From Acidobacteriaceae bacterium (GTDB lineage: Bacteria; Acidobacteriota; Terriglobia; Terriglobales; Acidobacteriaceae), in NCBI GenBank assembly GCA_036271955.1, contig DATAZR010000046.1, positions 2,738 through 66,737 of the forward strand: a stretch of 64,000 bases of DNA. The letters are read 5' to 3'. The position numbers were made by a program, and so were the translations under genes. This document shows, one piece after another, positions 19,940-28,024 of this stretch; the stretch's first letter is position 1, and the number at the start of each line of letters is the position of its first letter. A model generated the notes under the pieces. That model ran no database searches. It had not been told where the DNA came from and worked only from the letters and a program-made list of their open reading frames with translations.

Positions 19940-20809
19940 TTGGCCACTTCTGCCGGTACATCGCTGATTTCTCCGCCACTCAGGCGGACTCCGCGCGAAT
20001 CGAATCCCTATCAGTTAAATAGCCTCGCTCGCGCTGTCTCCTTGCTTGAAGTGCTTGGCGAAAGCGATGCTCCCCTGAGTCTTGCGGATGTGTGCCGGCG
20101 GATGGATATGCACAAAACCACCGCTCACCGGTCCTTGATGGAGCTGGAACGCAACGCCCTGATCGAACGGACGCCCGGAAACCGTTTTCGGCTTGGCCTC
20201 AAGCTGTACGAACTCGGCAATCGGGCAGTCGAGCAAATCGACCTGCGCGCAATCCTGCGGCCTTACTTTACCCGTCTCGCAACCAGATTGGGAGAGACTG
20301 TCCATCTCAGCGTGTTGCAAAAGGCCTCCGTTGTCTATCTGGACAAGGCTGGACCGAGCCGCAAGGTCTGCACCAGCTCCAAGATCGGAACCTCCAACCC
20401 CGTCTATTGCACCTCGATGGGCAAAGCCATGCTGGCTTTTCAACCACCTGAGGTGATCGACCAGATCACGGCAAAGATACGATTCGTCCGTTACACCGAG
20501 AAGACCATAACCTCGCGCGAAGAACTGTTAAAAAGCCTCGATCGCGTTCGCCGCCGCGGATACGCAATCGATGACGAGGAAATCGAGCTCGGAGTCCGGT
20601 GCGTCGGTGCGCCGATCTTCGATACCGGCCATCGAGCCATTGCGGCCCTGAGCGTTTCCGGCCCTGCGGCGCGCATATCGGTGCAAAGCGTGCCTGCCAT
20701 CGCAGAGCAGTTATTGCGCTGCTGCGGCGAAATTTCCGCATCGCTTGGAATGCATCGCAAGAAAAGATCTCCGCTGCAGTCTCCCTTCCTGCGCTACCCT
20801 ACGGTGTAG
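19940..20809 (+). CDS. IclR-family transcriptional regulator (KdgR-like)
   Basis: N-terminal HTH (SLARAVSLLE...KTTAHR), GETVHL, YCTSMGKAML and GYAIDDEE..GVRCVGAPI. Confidence 0.92.
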   Translation: MATSAGTSLISPPLRRTPRESNPYQLNSLARAVSLLEVLGESDAPLSLADVCRRMDMHKTTAHRSLMELERNALIERTPGNRFRLGLKLYELGNRAVEQIDLRAILRPYFTRLATRLGETVHLSVLQKASVVYLDKAGPSRKVCTSSKIGTSNPVYCTSMGKAMLAFQPPEVIDQITAKIRFVRYTEKTITSREELLKSLDRVRRRGYAIDDEEIELGVRCVGAPIFDTGHRAIAALSVSGPAARISVQSVPAIAEQLLRCCGEISASLGMHRKKRSPLQSPFLRYPTV

Positions 20810-20929
20810 CCCTATACGTGGCTTTCCTGGGCGGGAGCCAAGCGAAAAGTCGCAGCATCGCTGTGTTTGCTCCTTGGAAAGCATAGTTCGCTTTTGTAAA
20901 CTCTTCCTATCGTCGGCACCCGGAGACAC

Positions 20930-22021
20930 ATGAGCCTGTTTTCTAAGACCTTCTGTACGCGGAGGCTTCCAGCCAGTGGCCTGCTGCTGATCGCCGGGCT
21001 TCTGCTGGGGGGCTGCCGTCCTCAGAACCAGTCGACCAAGCCGCGCGTGCAGCTGACGCAAATTCCCTCCGCTAATCCGGGGGGACCGGCGCAGCTGGAC
21101 TATATTGCCGGAACGGTGACCGGCGCCAAGCCGGGACAACAGATCGTGCTCTACGCGCGCAGCGGCGGCGTGTGGTGGATTCAGCCCTACGTCGCTCATT
21201 CCCTTACCCGCATTCAGGCCGACTCCACATGGAAAAACGAAACCCATCTCGGAACGGAATACGCTGCGCTGCTGGTTGAGCCCGGCTATCATCCAATCTC
21301 CAAGACCGTCACCCTTCCTGCCGAAGGCGATGGCGTGGCAGCCGAGATCGTTGCCAATGGTCAGGCGGTCGCCGCCATCGTGCCCAAACTGCTGCACTTC
21401 AGCGGCTACGAGTGGACTGCGCTGGCCGCGGGAAGCGATCGCGGCGGCGAGTCCAACATCTACGATCCAGCCAATGCCTGGGTCGATGAGAAGGGTTACC
21501 TGCACTTGAAAATGGGAATGCATGAAGGCAAGTGGACGTGCGCCGAAGTCAATCTCAATCGCAGCCTTGGTTACGGCACCTATCGCTTTGTCGTGCAGGA
21601 TAGCGCACATCTTGAGCCATCCGCTGTGCTCGGCCTGTTCACGCTCGATCTCGGCGGATCCAGTGAAAACCGCAGCGAGATCGATGTCGAACTGAGCCGC
21701 TGGGGCAATCCGGGTGGCAAGAACGCGCAATACGTGATCCAACCGTTTTATGTGCCGGAGAATGTCTCCCGGTTTACTGTCCCGGCTGGCCCGCTCACCC
21801 ACAGCTTCCAGTGGGAGCCTGGTGTCGCCGCCTTCAAGTCGGTTGTTGGATCGGCAGCCAAACCGGGAGCGTCTGTCGTAGGCTCGCACACCTTCACGGC
21901 GGGCGTTCCGAGCCCGGCTGCCGAGAAGGTTCATATCGACCTGTTCGATTTCCATCACTCCAGGAACCAGGAGCAGCGGCCCTCGGAGGTTGTCATTGAG
22001 AAGTTTGAATACCTCCCATAA
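20930..22021 (+). CDS. Lipoprotein with C-terminal GH16-like (laminarinase/lichenase-fold) domain
   Basis: LLGGC lipobox; GYGTYRF and EIDVE (GH16 ExDxE catalytic motif). Confidence 0.65.
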   Translation: MSLFSKTFCTRRLPASGLLLIAGLLLGGCRPQNQSTKPRVQLTQIPSANPGGPAQLDYIAGTVTGAKPGQQIVLYARSGGVWWIQPYVAHSLTRIQADSTWKNETHLGTEYAALLVEPGYHPISKTVTLPAEGDGVAAEIVANGQAVAAIVPKLLHFSGYEWTALAAGSDRGGESNIYDPANAWVDEKGYLHLKMGMHEGKWTCAEVNLNRSLGYGTYRFVVQDSAHLEPSAVLGLFTLDLGGSSENRSEIDVELSRWGNPGGKNAQYVIQPFYVPENVSRFTVPAGPLTHSFQWEPGVAAFKSVVGSAAKPGASVVGSHTFTAGVPSPAAEKVHIDLFDFHHSRNQEQRPSEVVIEKFEYLP

Positions 22022-25000
22022 AGTACGGTGTGGCCTTCTTCGCCTAGCCCTTTCCTTGGCTGGCGTACTTGCAGGAATGCTTCTCGTACCGTCTGCGTCT
22101 GCTCTGGATCCTTCCCGCACCATATCGCAATACATCCATGAGCACTGGGGCGCGGATCGCGGCTTTCTGGGTGGGGCGATCTATGCTGTCGGTCAATCGT
22201 CCGATGGCTATCTGTGGATCGGCACCGAGCGCGGCCTGGTTCGCTTCGACGGCTTCGATTTCAGCCTGATCCAGCGGCCGATTCCGGGAGCCCTTCCGCT
22301 TGGGCCGGTTCGCGGCCTGGTGCCCGACGAGGAGGGAAATCTCTGGATACGTGTGGATGGGCCGCGCCTGCTGCGATACCACGAAGGCCACTTCCAAAAT
22401 ATGTTTGCCGAGGACGATCTGGGGCTGAGAGCGGTCACGGCTATGTCCTTGGATAAGCAAGGACACCTGCTGCTCTCCGGCATCGGCAATCACACCTTCC
22501 GCTATCGCAACGGCAAGTTCGAGACCGTAGCCAACGCAACCGAAGCGCCGGGAACCGTTCTATCCATCGCCGAGACTCGCGACCACCGTGTCTGGATGGG
22601 TACCCGTGACGATGGCCTCTTCCGCTCCAGCGACGGGCACCTTACCAACGTTGCCAGGGAGCTCGTCGATGAAAAGATCGATGTGCTCCTCCCCTCCGAC
22701 GCGGGAGGGTTGTGGATCGGAACCGATCGCGGGCTCTTTTTCTCCGATGGCAACGGATTGGCCAGGCCCGATGTGCCGGCCTCGGCCGGTCCGCTTCAGA
22801 TCCTCGCTCTGTGCAAAGACCGCGAGGCCAATCTGTGGGCTGGAACAGATCACGGACTGATTCGCATCACGCCAGCCGGCGTGGTATCGATCGATCTGCT
22901 CAGTCAAGGGCTGGGAAACGCCGTCACGGCGATCGCCGAAGACAGCGATGGAGACATCTGGTATGGAGGCTCGCAAGGCCTCGAGCGGTTGCGGGATGGC
23001 ATGTTCACCACATACTCTATCGCGCAAGGTCTTCCGTCCGAAAATAACGGGCCTGTCTACATCGACTCCGAAGGCCGGACCTGGTTTGCCCCGCTTAGCG
23101 GCGGTCTCTATTGGCTGAAGCAGGGGTATATCGGACACGTTGGCCTTGACTCTCTGGATCACGACATTGTGTACTCCATCAGCGGCGGTGATGGTGAAAT
23201 CTGGGTAGGCAGGCAGCATGGCGGCCTCACGCAACTCACCGACAAAAACGGCGACTTTGCAGCTCACACTTATACCCAGGCCGATGGACTTGCCCAGAAC
23301 AGCGTCTACTCCGTCCACCGCAACCACGACGGAACCGTGTGGGCCGGCACGGTTAGTGGCGGCGTTTCCAGGCTCAAAAATGGAGCCTTCACCAACTATT
23401 CCGTCGCCGATGGATTGGGATCGAATTCGATTGACTCCATCGTGGAAGGATTCGACGGAAAGATGTGGTTCGCCACTCCTGCCGGGCTGGCCTGTTTTGC
23501 CGATGGGCAGTGGTCCAATCGCACCATCCGCGATAGCTTACCGTCGCCCGATGTCAGGTCGATCTTTGAAGATTCGAAGCACCTGCTTTGGATTGCCACC
23601 TCAGGCGGACTCGCCTTTCTGTCTTCGGGACAAGTCCAAGTTCCGCATAACCTTCCCAATGCATTGCGTGAGCAGGTCTTCGGAATAGCCGAAGGGCAAA
23701 GAGGATTTCTTTGGGTAGCAACCTCGGATCACGTATTGCAGGTGAACCGCGATCGACTCGCCGCCGGCGAACTGGAAGAGATGGACGTTCGTAGCTACGG
23801 AATCACCGACGGCCTGAAGGGTGTTGAGGCCGCTCGTCGCGATCGCTCCATGGTGGCGGACGCTCTGGGCCGCGTCTGGGTTTCCCTCAATCACGGGCTG
23901 GCCGTGGCCGACCCGAAGCTTGGAATTGGCAACGCAGTGCCCGTCGTGGCCCGGATCGAGTCCGTGTCCATTGGCAATGCGGAAATCAGCCTTCAGCAAC
24001 CCCCGAAAATCGCCGCCGGCAGCGAAGGTATCACCTTCAATTTCATCGGAAGCAGCCTCGCCGCCCCGGATCGAGTTCGATTCCGTTACAAGCTCGATGG
24101 CTCCGACAAGGAATGGAGCGGCATTGTTGCATTGCGCCAGGTTGTTTACAACCATCTTGGCCCCGGCTCGTACCGCTTCCGCGTCGTGGCGTCGAGCGCA
24201 GATGGCCTTTGGAATGGCTCGGAGACTACTTTCCCCTTTGTCATTGAGCCTGCTTTCTGGCAGACGTGGTGGTTCGGGATCGCCTGCTTTACAGCCTGCT
24301 TACTGGGTATTGCCGGACTTTATCGCCTCCGTATGTACCACCTCACGCGGCGGTTGAATGATCGCTTTCAGGAGCGGCTTGCGGAGCGCACTCGAATCGC
24401 CCAGGAGCTGCACGATACCCTCTTGCAGGGAGTTTTGAGCGCTTCACTCCAACTCGATGTGGCGGAGGATCAGCTCCCCGAGGGCTCTCCTACCAAGCCG
24501 TTGCTCAAGCGGATTCTGCAGCTGATGGGCAAGGTTACCGAGGAGGGTAGAAGCGCGCTTCGCGGCCTGCGAGCTTCGGACACCGACAATGCAAGCCTTG
24601 AGGCCGCCTTCTCGCGCATGCGCCAGGAGTTCGCTCTCGACGAGCGCGTCGGCTATCGCATCATCGTCAACAGCGTCGCAAGGCCGTTGCGCCCCGCCAT
24701 CCGCGACGATGTCTACCGGATCGGCCGGGAAGCGCTGGTGAATGCCTTTGTCCATGCCGGCGCGAACAGCATCGAGATCGAAGTAGAATATGCAAGCAGA
24801 TACCTGATGCTGCTGGTGCGCGACGATGGCCGCGGCATCGATCCCCAGGTGCTCCACTCCGGTGTCGATGGGCACTGGGGATTGCCGGGAATGCGCGAGC
24901 GCTCGGAAGGAATCGGCGCAACTCTCAAATTGCGGAGCCGCGTTGGAGCTGGCACAGAAGTCGAGCTCACCGTTCCAGCGGCCATCGCCTTTGCAGATGC

Positions 25001-25091
25001 TGCGCCCGGAAGCATCATGTCGCAGTGGCTTCACTGGCTCAGGAGGGAAGTGCAGGATCCTGGCGAAGGACAAGGAAAGGCAAATAGATGA
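22005..25091 (+). CDS. Sensor histidine kinase with two-component regulator beta-propeller and Y_Y_Y domain, HisKA_3
   Basis: Many D..G.LW.GT..GL repeats, YNHLGPGSYRFRV, a TM helix, ERTRIAQELHDTLLQ, DDGRG and GL.GMRER. Start is 21990 or TTG 22005. Confidence 0.93.
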   Translation: MNTSHKVRCGLLRLALSLAGVLAGMLLVPSASALDPSRTISQYIHEHWGADRGFLGGAIYAVGQSSDGYLWIGTERGLVRFDGFDFSLIQRPIPGALPLGPVRGLVPDEEGNLWIRVDGPRLLRYHEGHFQNMFAEDDLGLRAVTAMSLDKQGHLLLSGIGNHTFRYRNGKFETVANATEAPGTVLSIAETRDHRVWMGTRDDGLFRSSDGHLTNVARELVDEKIDVLLPSDAGGLWIGTDRGLFFSDGNGLARPDVPASAGPLQILALCKDREANLWAGTDHGLIRITPAGVVSIDLLSQGLGNAVTAIAEDSDGDIWYGGSQGLERLRDGMFTTYSIAQGLPSENNGPVYIDSEGRTWFAPLSGGLYWLKQGYIGHVGLDSLDHDIVYSISGGDGEIWVGRQHGGLTQLTDKNGDFAAHTYTQADGLAQNSVYSVHRNHDGTVWAGTVSGGVSRLKNGAFTNYSVADGLGSNSIDSIVEGFDGKMWFATPAGLACFADGQWSNRTIRDSLPSPDVRSIFEDSKHLLWIATSGGLAFLSSGQVQVPHNLPNALREQVFGIAEGQRGFLWVATSDHVLQVNRDRLAAGELEEMDVRSYGITDGLKGVEAARRDRSMVADALGRVWVSLNHGLAVADPKLGIGNAVPVVARIESVSIGNAEISLQQPPKIAAGSEGITFNFIGSSLAAPDRVRFRYKLDGSDKEWSGIVALRQVVYNHLGPGSYRFRVVASSADGLWNGSETTFPFVIEPAFWQTWWFGIACFTACLLGIAGLYRLRMYHLTRRLNDRFQERLAERTRIAQELHDTLLQGVLSASLQLDVAEDQLPEGSPTKPLLKRILQLMGKVTEEGRSALRGLRASDTDNASLEAAFSRMRQEFALDERVGYRIIVNSVARPLRPAIRDDVYRIGREALVNAFVHAGANSIEIEVEYASRYLMLLVRDDGRGIDPQVLHSGVDGHWGLPGMRERSEGIGATLKLRSRVGAGTEVELTVPAAIAFADAAPGSIMSQWLHWLRREVQDPGEGQGKANR

Positions 25092-25717
25092 GCGCATCAC
25101 CACAGATTCGAGTCTTCTGCGTTGACGATCATCCGCTGATGAGGGAAGGCATCGCCGCTGTTATCAGCAACGAGCCGGATATGCAGCTGGCTGGAGAAGC
25201 GTCCAGCGGCAGCGAAGCGATTCGCGGCTTTCGCGCGCAGCGGCCGGATGTCACGCTCATGGATCTTCGTCTGCCCGACATCAGCGGCATCGATGCCCTG
25301 ATCGCTATCCGGACCGAGTTCCCCACGGCGCGCGTGATCATGCTTACGACATTTGAGGGCGACGCCGATATACTCCGCGCCCTCGATGCCGGAGCGCAAG
25401 GCTACATGCTCAAGAGCATGCCCCGCAAACAGCTGGTGGAGATGATTCGCAGGGTGCATGCCGGCAAGAAACACATTCCGCCTGAGATCGCGACGCAGCT
25501 CGCCGAGCATCTTGGCGACGAAGCACTGAGCAAACGCGAGATTGAAGTTCTGGAGCGTATCGCCGGCGGCAATCGAAACAGCGACATCGCCGACCTTCTC
25601 TTCATCAGCGAAGAGACCGTCAAAGGCCACGTCAAAAACATCATGCAGAAGCTGAGGGCCAGCGACCGCACCGAGGCCGTAGCAATTGGAATACGCCGCG
25701 GAATCATACATCTTTAG
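25088..25717 (+). CDS. NarL/FixJ-family response regulator
   Basis: VDDHPLMREG, MDLRLP, and LuxR HTH (LSKRE.EVL...SEETVKGHV..I..KL). Confidence 0.95.
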   Translation: MSASPQIRVFCVDDHPLMREGIAAVISNEPDMQLAGEASSGSEAIRGFRAQRPDVTLMDLRLPDISGIDALIAIRTEFPTARVIMLTTFEGDADILRALDAGAQGYMLKSMPRKQLVEMIRRVHAGKKHIPPEIATQLAEHLGDEALSKREIEVLERIAGGNRNSDIADLLFISEETVKGHVKNIMQKLRASDRTEAVAIGIRRGIIHL

Positions 25718-25855
25718 AAGCTGTTGCCGTCTATACTCACGCCCTTGCCGTCGTCTGGAAACCGCTGGTGTTGCTCAAAAAACCCTAGATTTAGGGGCGA
25801 AATCAATCGCGGTTCAAGCTAGCCTGATGATTCTTGAACTTCCAGGAGGCTCGGG

Positions 25856-26290
25856 CTGCAGAGGCTTTTTACCAGCTTTCCGGTGGGATGGCCTGGCGTC
25901 GGCCTCATATTCCTGCGAGCCACACTTGCCCTCAACGCATTGATCTGCGGAGTGTCCGCGCTCATCACTCTCAACATTTCTCCATCTGTTTCCATAGGAA
26001 CGGCGTGGATTGTTGGAATCCTCGCGCTCGTTGTCGGTCTCGCGCTCCTCGTCGGTTTCCTAACGCCTCTGGCAAGCCTCTTGGCAGCCGCGGGGTATCT
26101 GGTTTCCGGCATTTCTTCAGTGCTCGCGGCTGGAGCCAGCCTCGACCGTGGCAGCTACACGGCATTCGATCTTGCGGCAGTTTCCATCGCCTTGATTGTG
26201 CTCGGTCCAGGCGCATTCTCATTGGACGCGCGCCTCTTCGGCCGCCGGGAGATCATCATCCCCGAAGCACGCCGTCCCCGCCGCGGATGA
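25856..26290 (+). CDS. DoxX-like membrane protein
   Basis: G..FLR, LLVGFLTP.A and GPGAFSLDARLFGRR. Probable CTG start with AGGAGG SD (first canonical start 25883). Confidence 0.7.
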   Translation: MQRLFTSFPVGWPGVGLIFLRATLALNALICGVSALITLNISPSVSIGTAWIVGILALVVGLALLVGFLTPLASLLAAAGYLVSGISSVLAAGASLDRGSYTAFDLAAVSIALIVLGPGAFSLDARLFGRREIIIPEARRPRRG

Positions 26291-26439
26291 GTGTAACGGC
26301 ACTCATGAGTGTGAAAATGAGGCAGGGAAACAGATTCGTCGAGCGGCGCACAGACCTTGTAGAGCAGACCTTGTAAAGATAAGTTCTATTGAGAGATAGC
26401 CAGCTTATCACTCTGCCGAAATATCGTAAGTTTATAAAT

Positions 26440-26516
26440 TGGTCGGGGAGAGAGGATTCGAACCTCCGACCCCCTGCTCCCGAAGCAGGTGCTCTACCAG
26501 GCTGAGCCACTCCCCG
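26440..26516 (-). tRNA. tRNA-Pro(CGG)
   Basis: Reverse complement reads CGGGGAG...TGGTAGAGC, anticodon arm CCTGC-TT-CGG-GA-GCAGG, GGTTCGAATCC, and encoded ACCA end; 77 nt. Confidence 0.97.
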
Positions 26517-26661
26517 AACTGGAGTTGCACGAGCCGCTTGCTTTTCCCGCCCGGCCTGGTCGCAATCGGCAGGAAGCAAACGCTCACTTGAGTGTATCAG
26601 AAAGCGGCTCTGTTTTCGCTGCCCCGGACGCCCCGGACGTCTTCTACTCTGCCTCTCCGGT

Positions 26662-27867
26662 CTACCGGTCCTGCATGCTCACCGGATGCGCCAGCAACTG
26701 CTTCGCAATGGTCATTAGCTGCATGTTCGATGTGCCCTCATATATCTTGCCGATCTTGGCATCGCGAAAGTACTTTTCTGCCGGGTAATCGCGCACATAC
26801 CCATTGCCGCCGAATATCTCCACACACTGGCTGGCTACCCGTTCCGCCACCTGCGAGACGAAGTACTTGGTCATCGCTGCCTCTGTGACAAACGGCAAGC
26901 CGGCATCCTTGCGCCGGGCCGCGTTGTAGACCATCAGCCGGGCCGCTTCAATCTCCGTAGCCATCTCGGCCAGCGTAAATTGCACCGCTTGGAACTCGGC
27001 GATCGCTTTGCCAAACTGCTTGCGTTGCTGGGCATAACGGGCCGCATGATTCCATGCTCCCTGAGCCAGCCCAAGCATCTGCGCGCCGATACCAATGCGC
27101 CCTTCGTTCAGCACCTCAATGGCGATCCGGTATCCTTTGCCTTCCTCGCCAAAGAGATTCTCTGCCGGTATTTCACAGTCCTCAAAAATTACTTCGCAGG
27201 TGCTTGAGGCGCGAATGCCCAGCTTGTCTTCCTTTCGCCCAACGCTAAGTCCGGGCGTTCCAGCTGTGACAAGAAAGGCGGTTATGCCTTTGTATCCAAC
27301 CTCAGGATTGAGATTTGCGAACACCAGAAAGACGCCAGCCTCGCGCGCATTGCTGATCCAGAGTTTGCGGCCGGTCAGGCGGTAACCGTGGCCGATCTTG
27401 ACGGCGCGAGTCTCCATCGCGAACGCATCGGACCCAGAACCCGCCTCGCTCAACGCATAGGAACAGACCATCCCTCCTGCCAACTTCGGCAGCCACTCCC
27501 GCCGCTGCGCTTCCGATCCCCAACGAAGAAACGAGTTCACGCAAAGCGTGTTCTGGATGTCGACGACCAAGCCGACCGAAGCATCGACTGCCGATAGGGC
27601 TTCGACAGCCAGGATCGCCTCAAAAAAGCTTCCACCAGAGCCGCCCAGTTCCTCTGGAACCTCGATCCCCATCAGCCCCAGCTCGGCCAGTTGCGAAATC
27701 AACCCCAGCGAGAACTGCTGTGCCTCGTCCATTTCTCGCACTCGTGGCGCTACAACCTCCGCAGCAAACCGGCGCACACTGGACTGCAAAAGCAATTCTT
27801 CTTCACTCAACTCAGTGAGTGACCGCGTTGCAAAACTTGACTTAGACTCTGCTTGCGAGGATGACAA
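26662..27867 (-). CDS. Acyl-CoA dehydrogenase (short/branched chain)
   Basis: YALSEAGSGSD, GRKLWISN, EDKLGIRASST, RKQFGK, FGGNGY..DYP and IYEGTSN. Confidence 0.95.
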   Translation of the reverse strand: MSSSQAESKSSFATRSLTELSEEELLLQSSVRRFAAEVVAPRVREMDEAQQFSLGLISQLAELGLMGIEVPEELGGSGGSFFEAILAVEALSAVDASVGLVVDIQNTLCVNSFLRWGSEAQRREWLPKLAGGMVCSYALSEAGSGSDAFAMETRAVKIGHGYRLTGRKLWISNAREAGVFLVFANLNPEVGYKGITAFLVTAGTPGLSVGRKEDKLGIRASSTCEVIFEDCEIPAENLFGEEGKGYRIAIEVLNEGRIGIGAQMLGLAQGAWNHAARYAQQRKQFGKAIAEFQAVQFTLAEMATEIEAARLMVYNAARRKDAGLPFVTEAAMTKYFVSQVAERVASQCVEIFGGNGYVRDYPAEKYFRDAKIGKIYEGTSNMQLMTIAKQLLAHPVSMQDR

Positions 27868-28024
27868 GGAAACCCTCCGTCGTGGCGTCGAAAACAGCTA
27901 AGGCTACCAGAGCCAGCCATTCCTTCACTAGTCGGTCCTCGGCTTCTCGCGTGTCACAGCAGGAAAGCCGATGATCACACAGAACTTGAGGGCCGCAGTA
28001 GCCGTGAAACAATAAGAGTGGCTT

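Noticed and set aside
9599-25797. Shared 10-mer GATTTAGGGG in two intergenic regions as a regulator site
   Set aside because: Only two copies of a short word; compatible with chance.
26290-26440. Genomic island integrated at the tRNA-Pro 3' end
   Set aside because: No integrase and no duplicated tRNA 3' end seen in the window. The short CAGACCTTGTA tandem (26351/26365) is not enough evidence.
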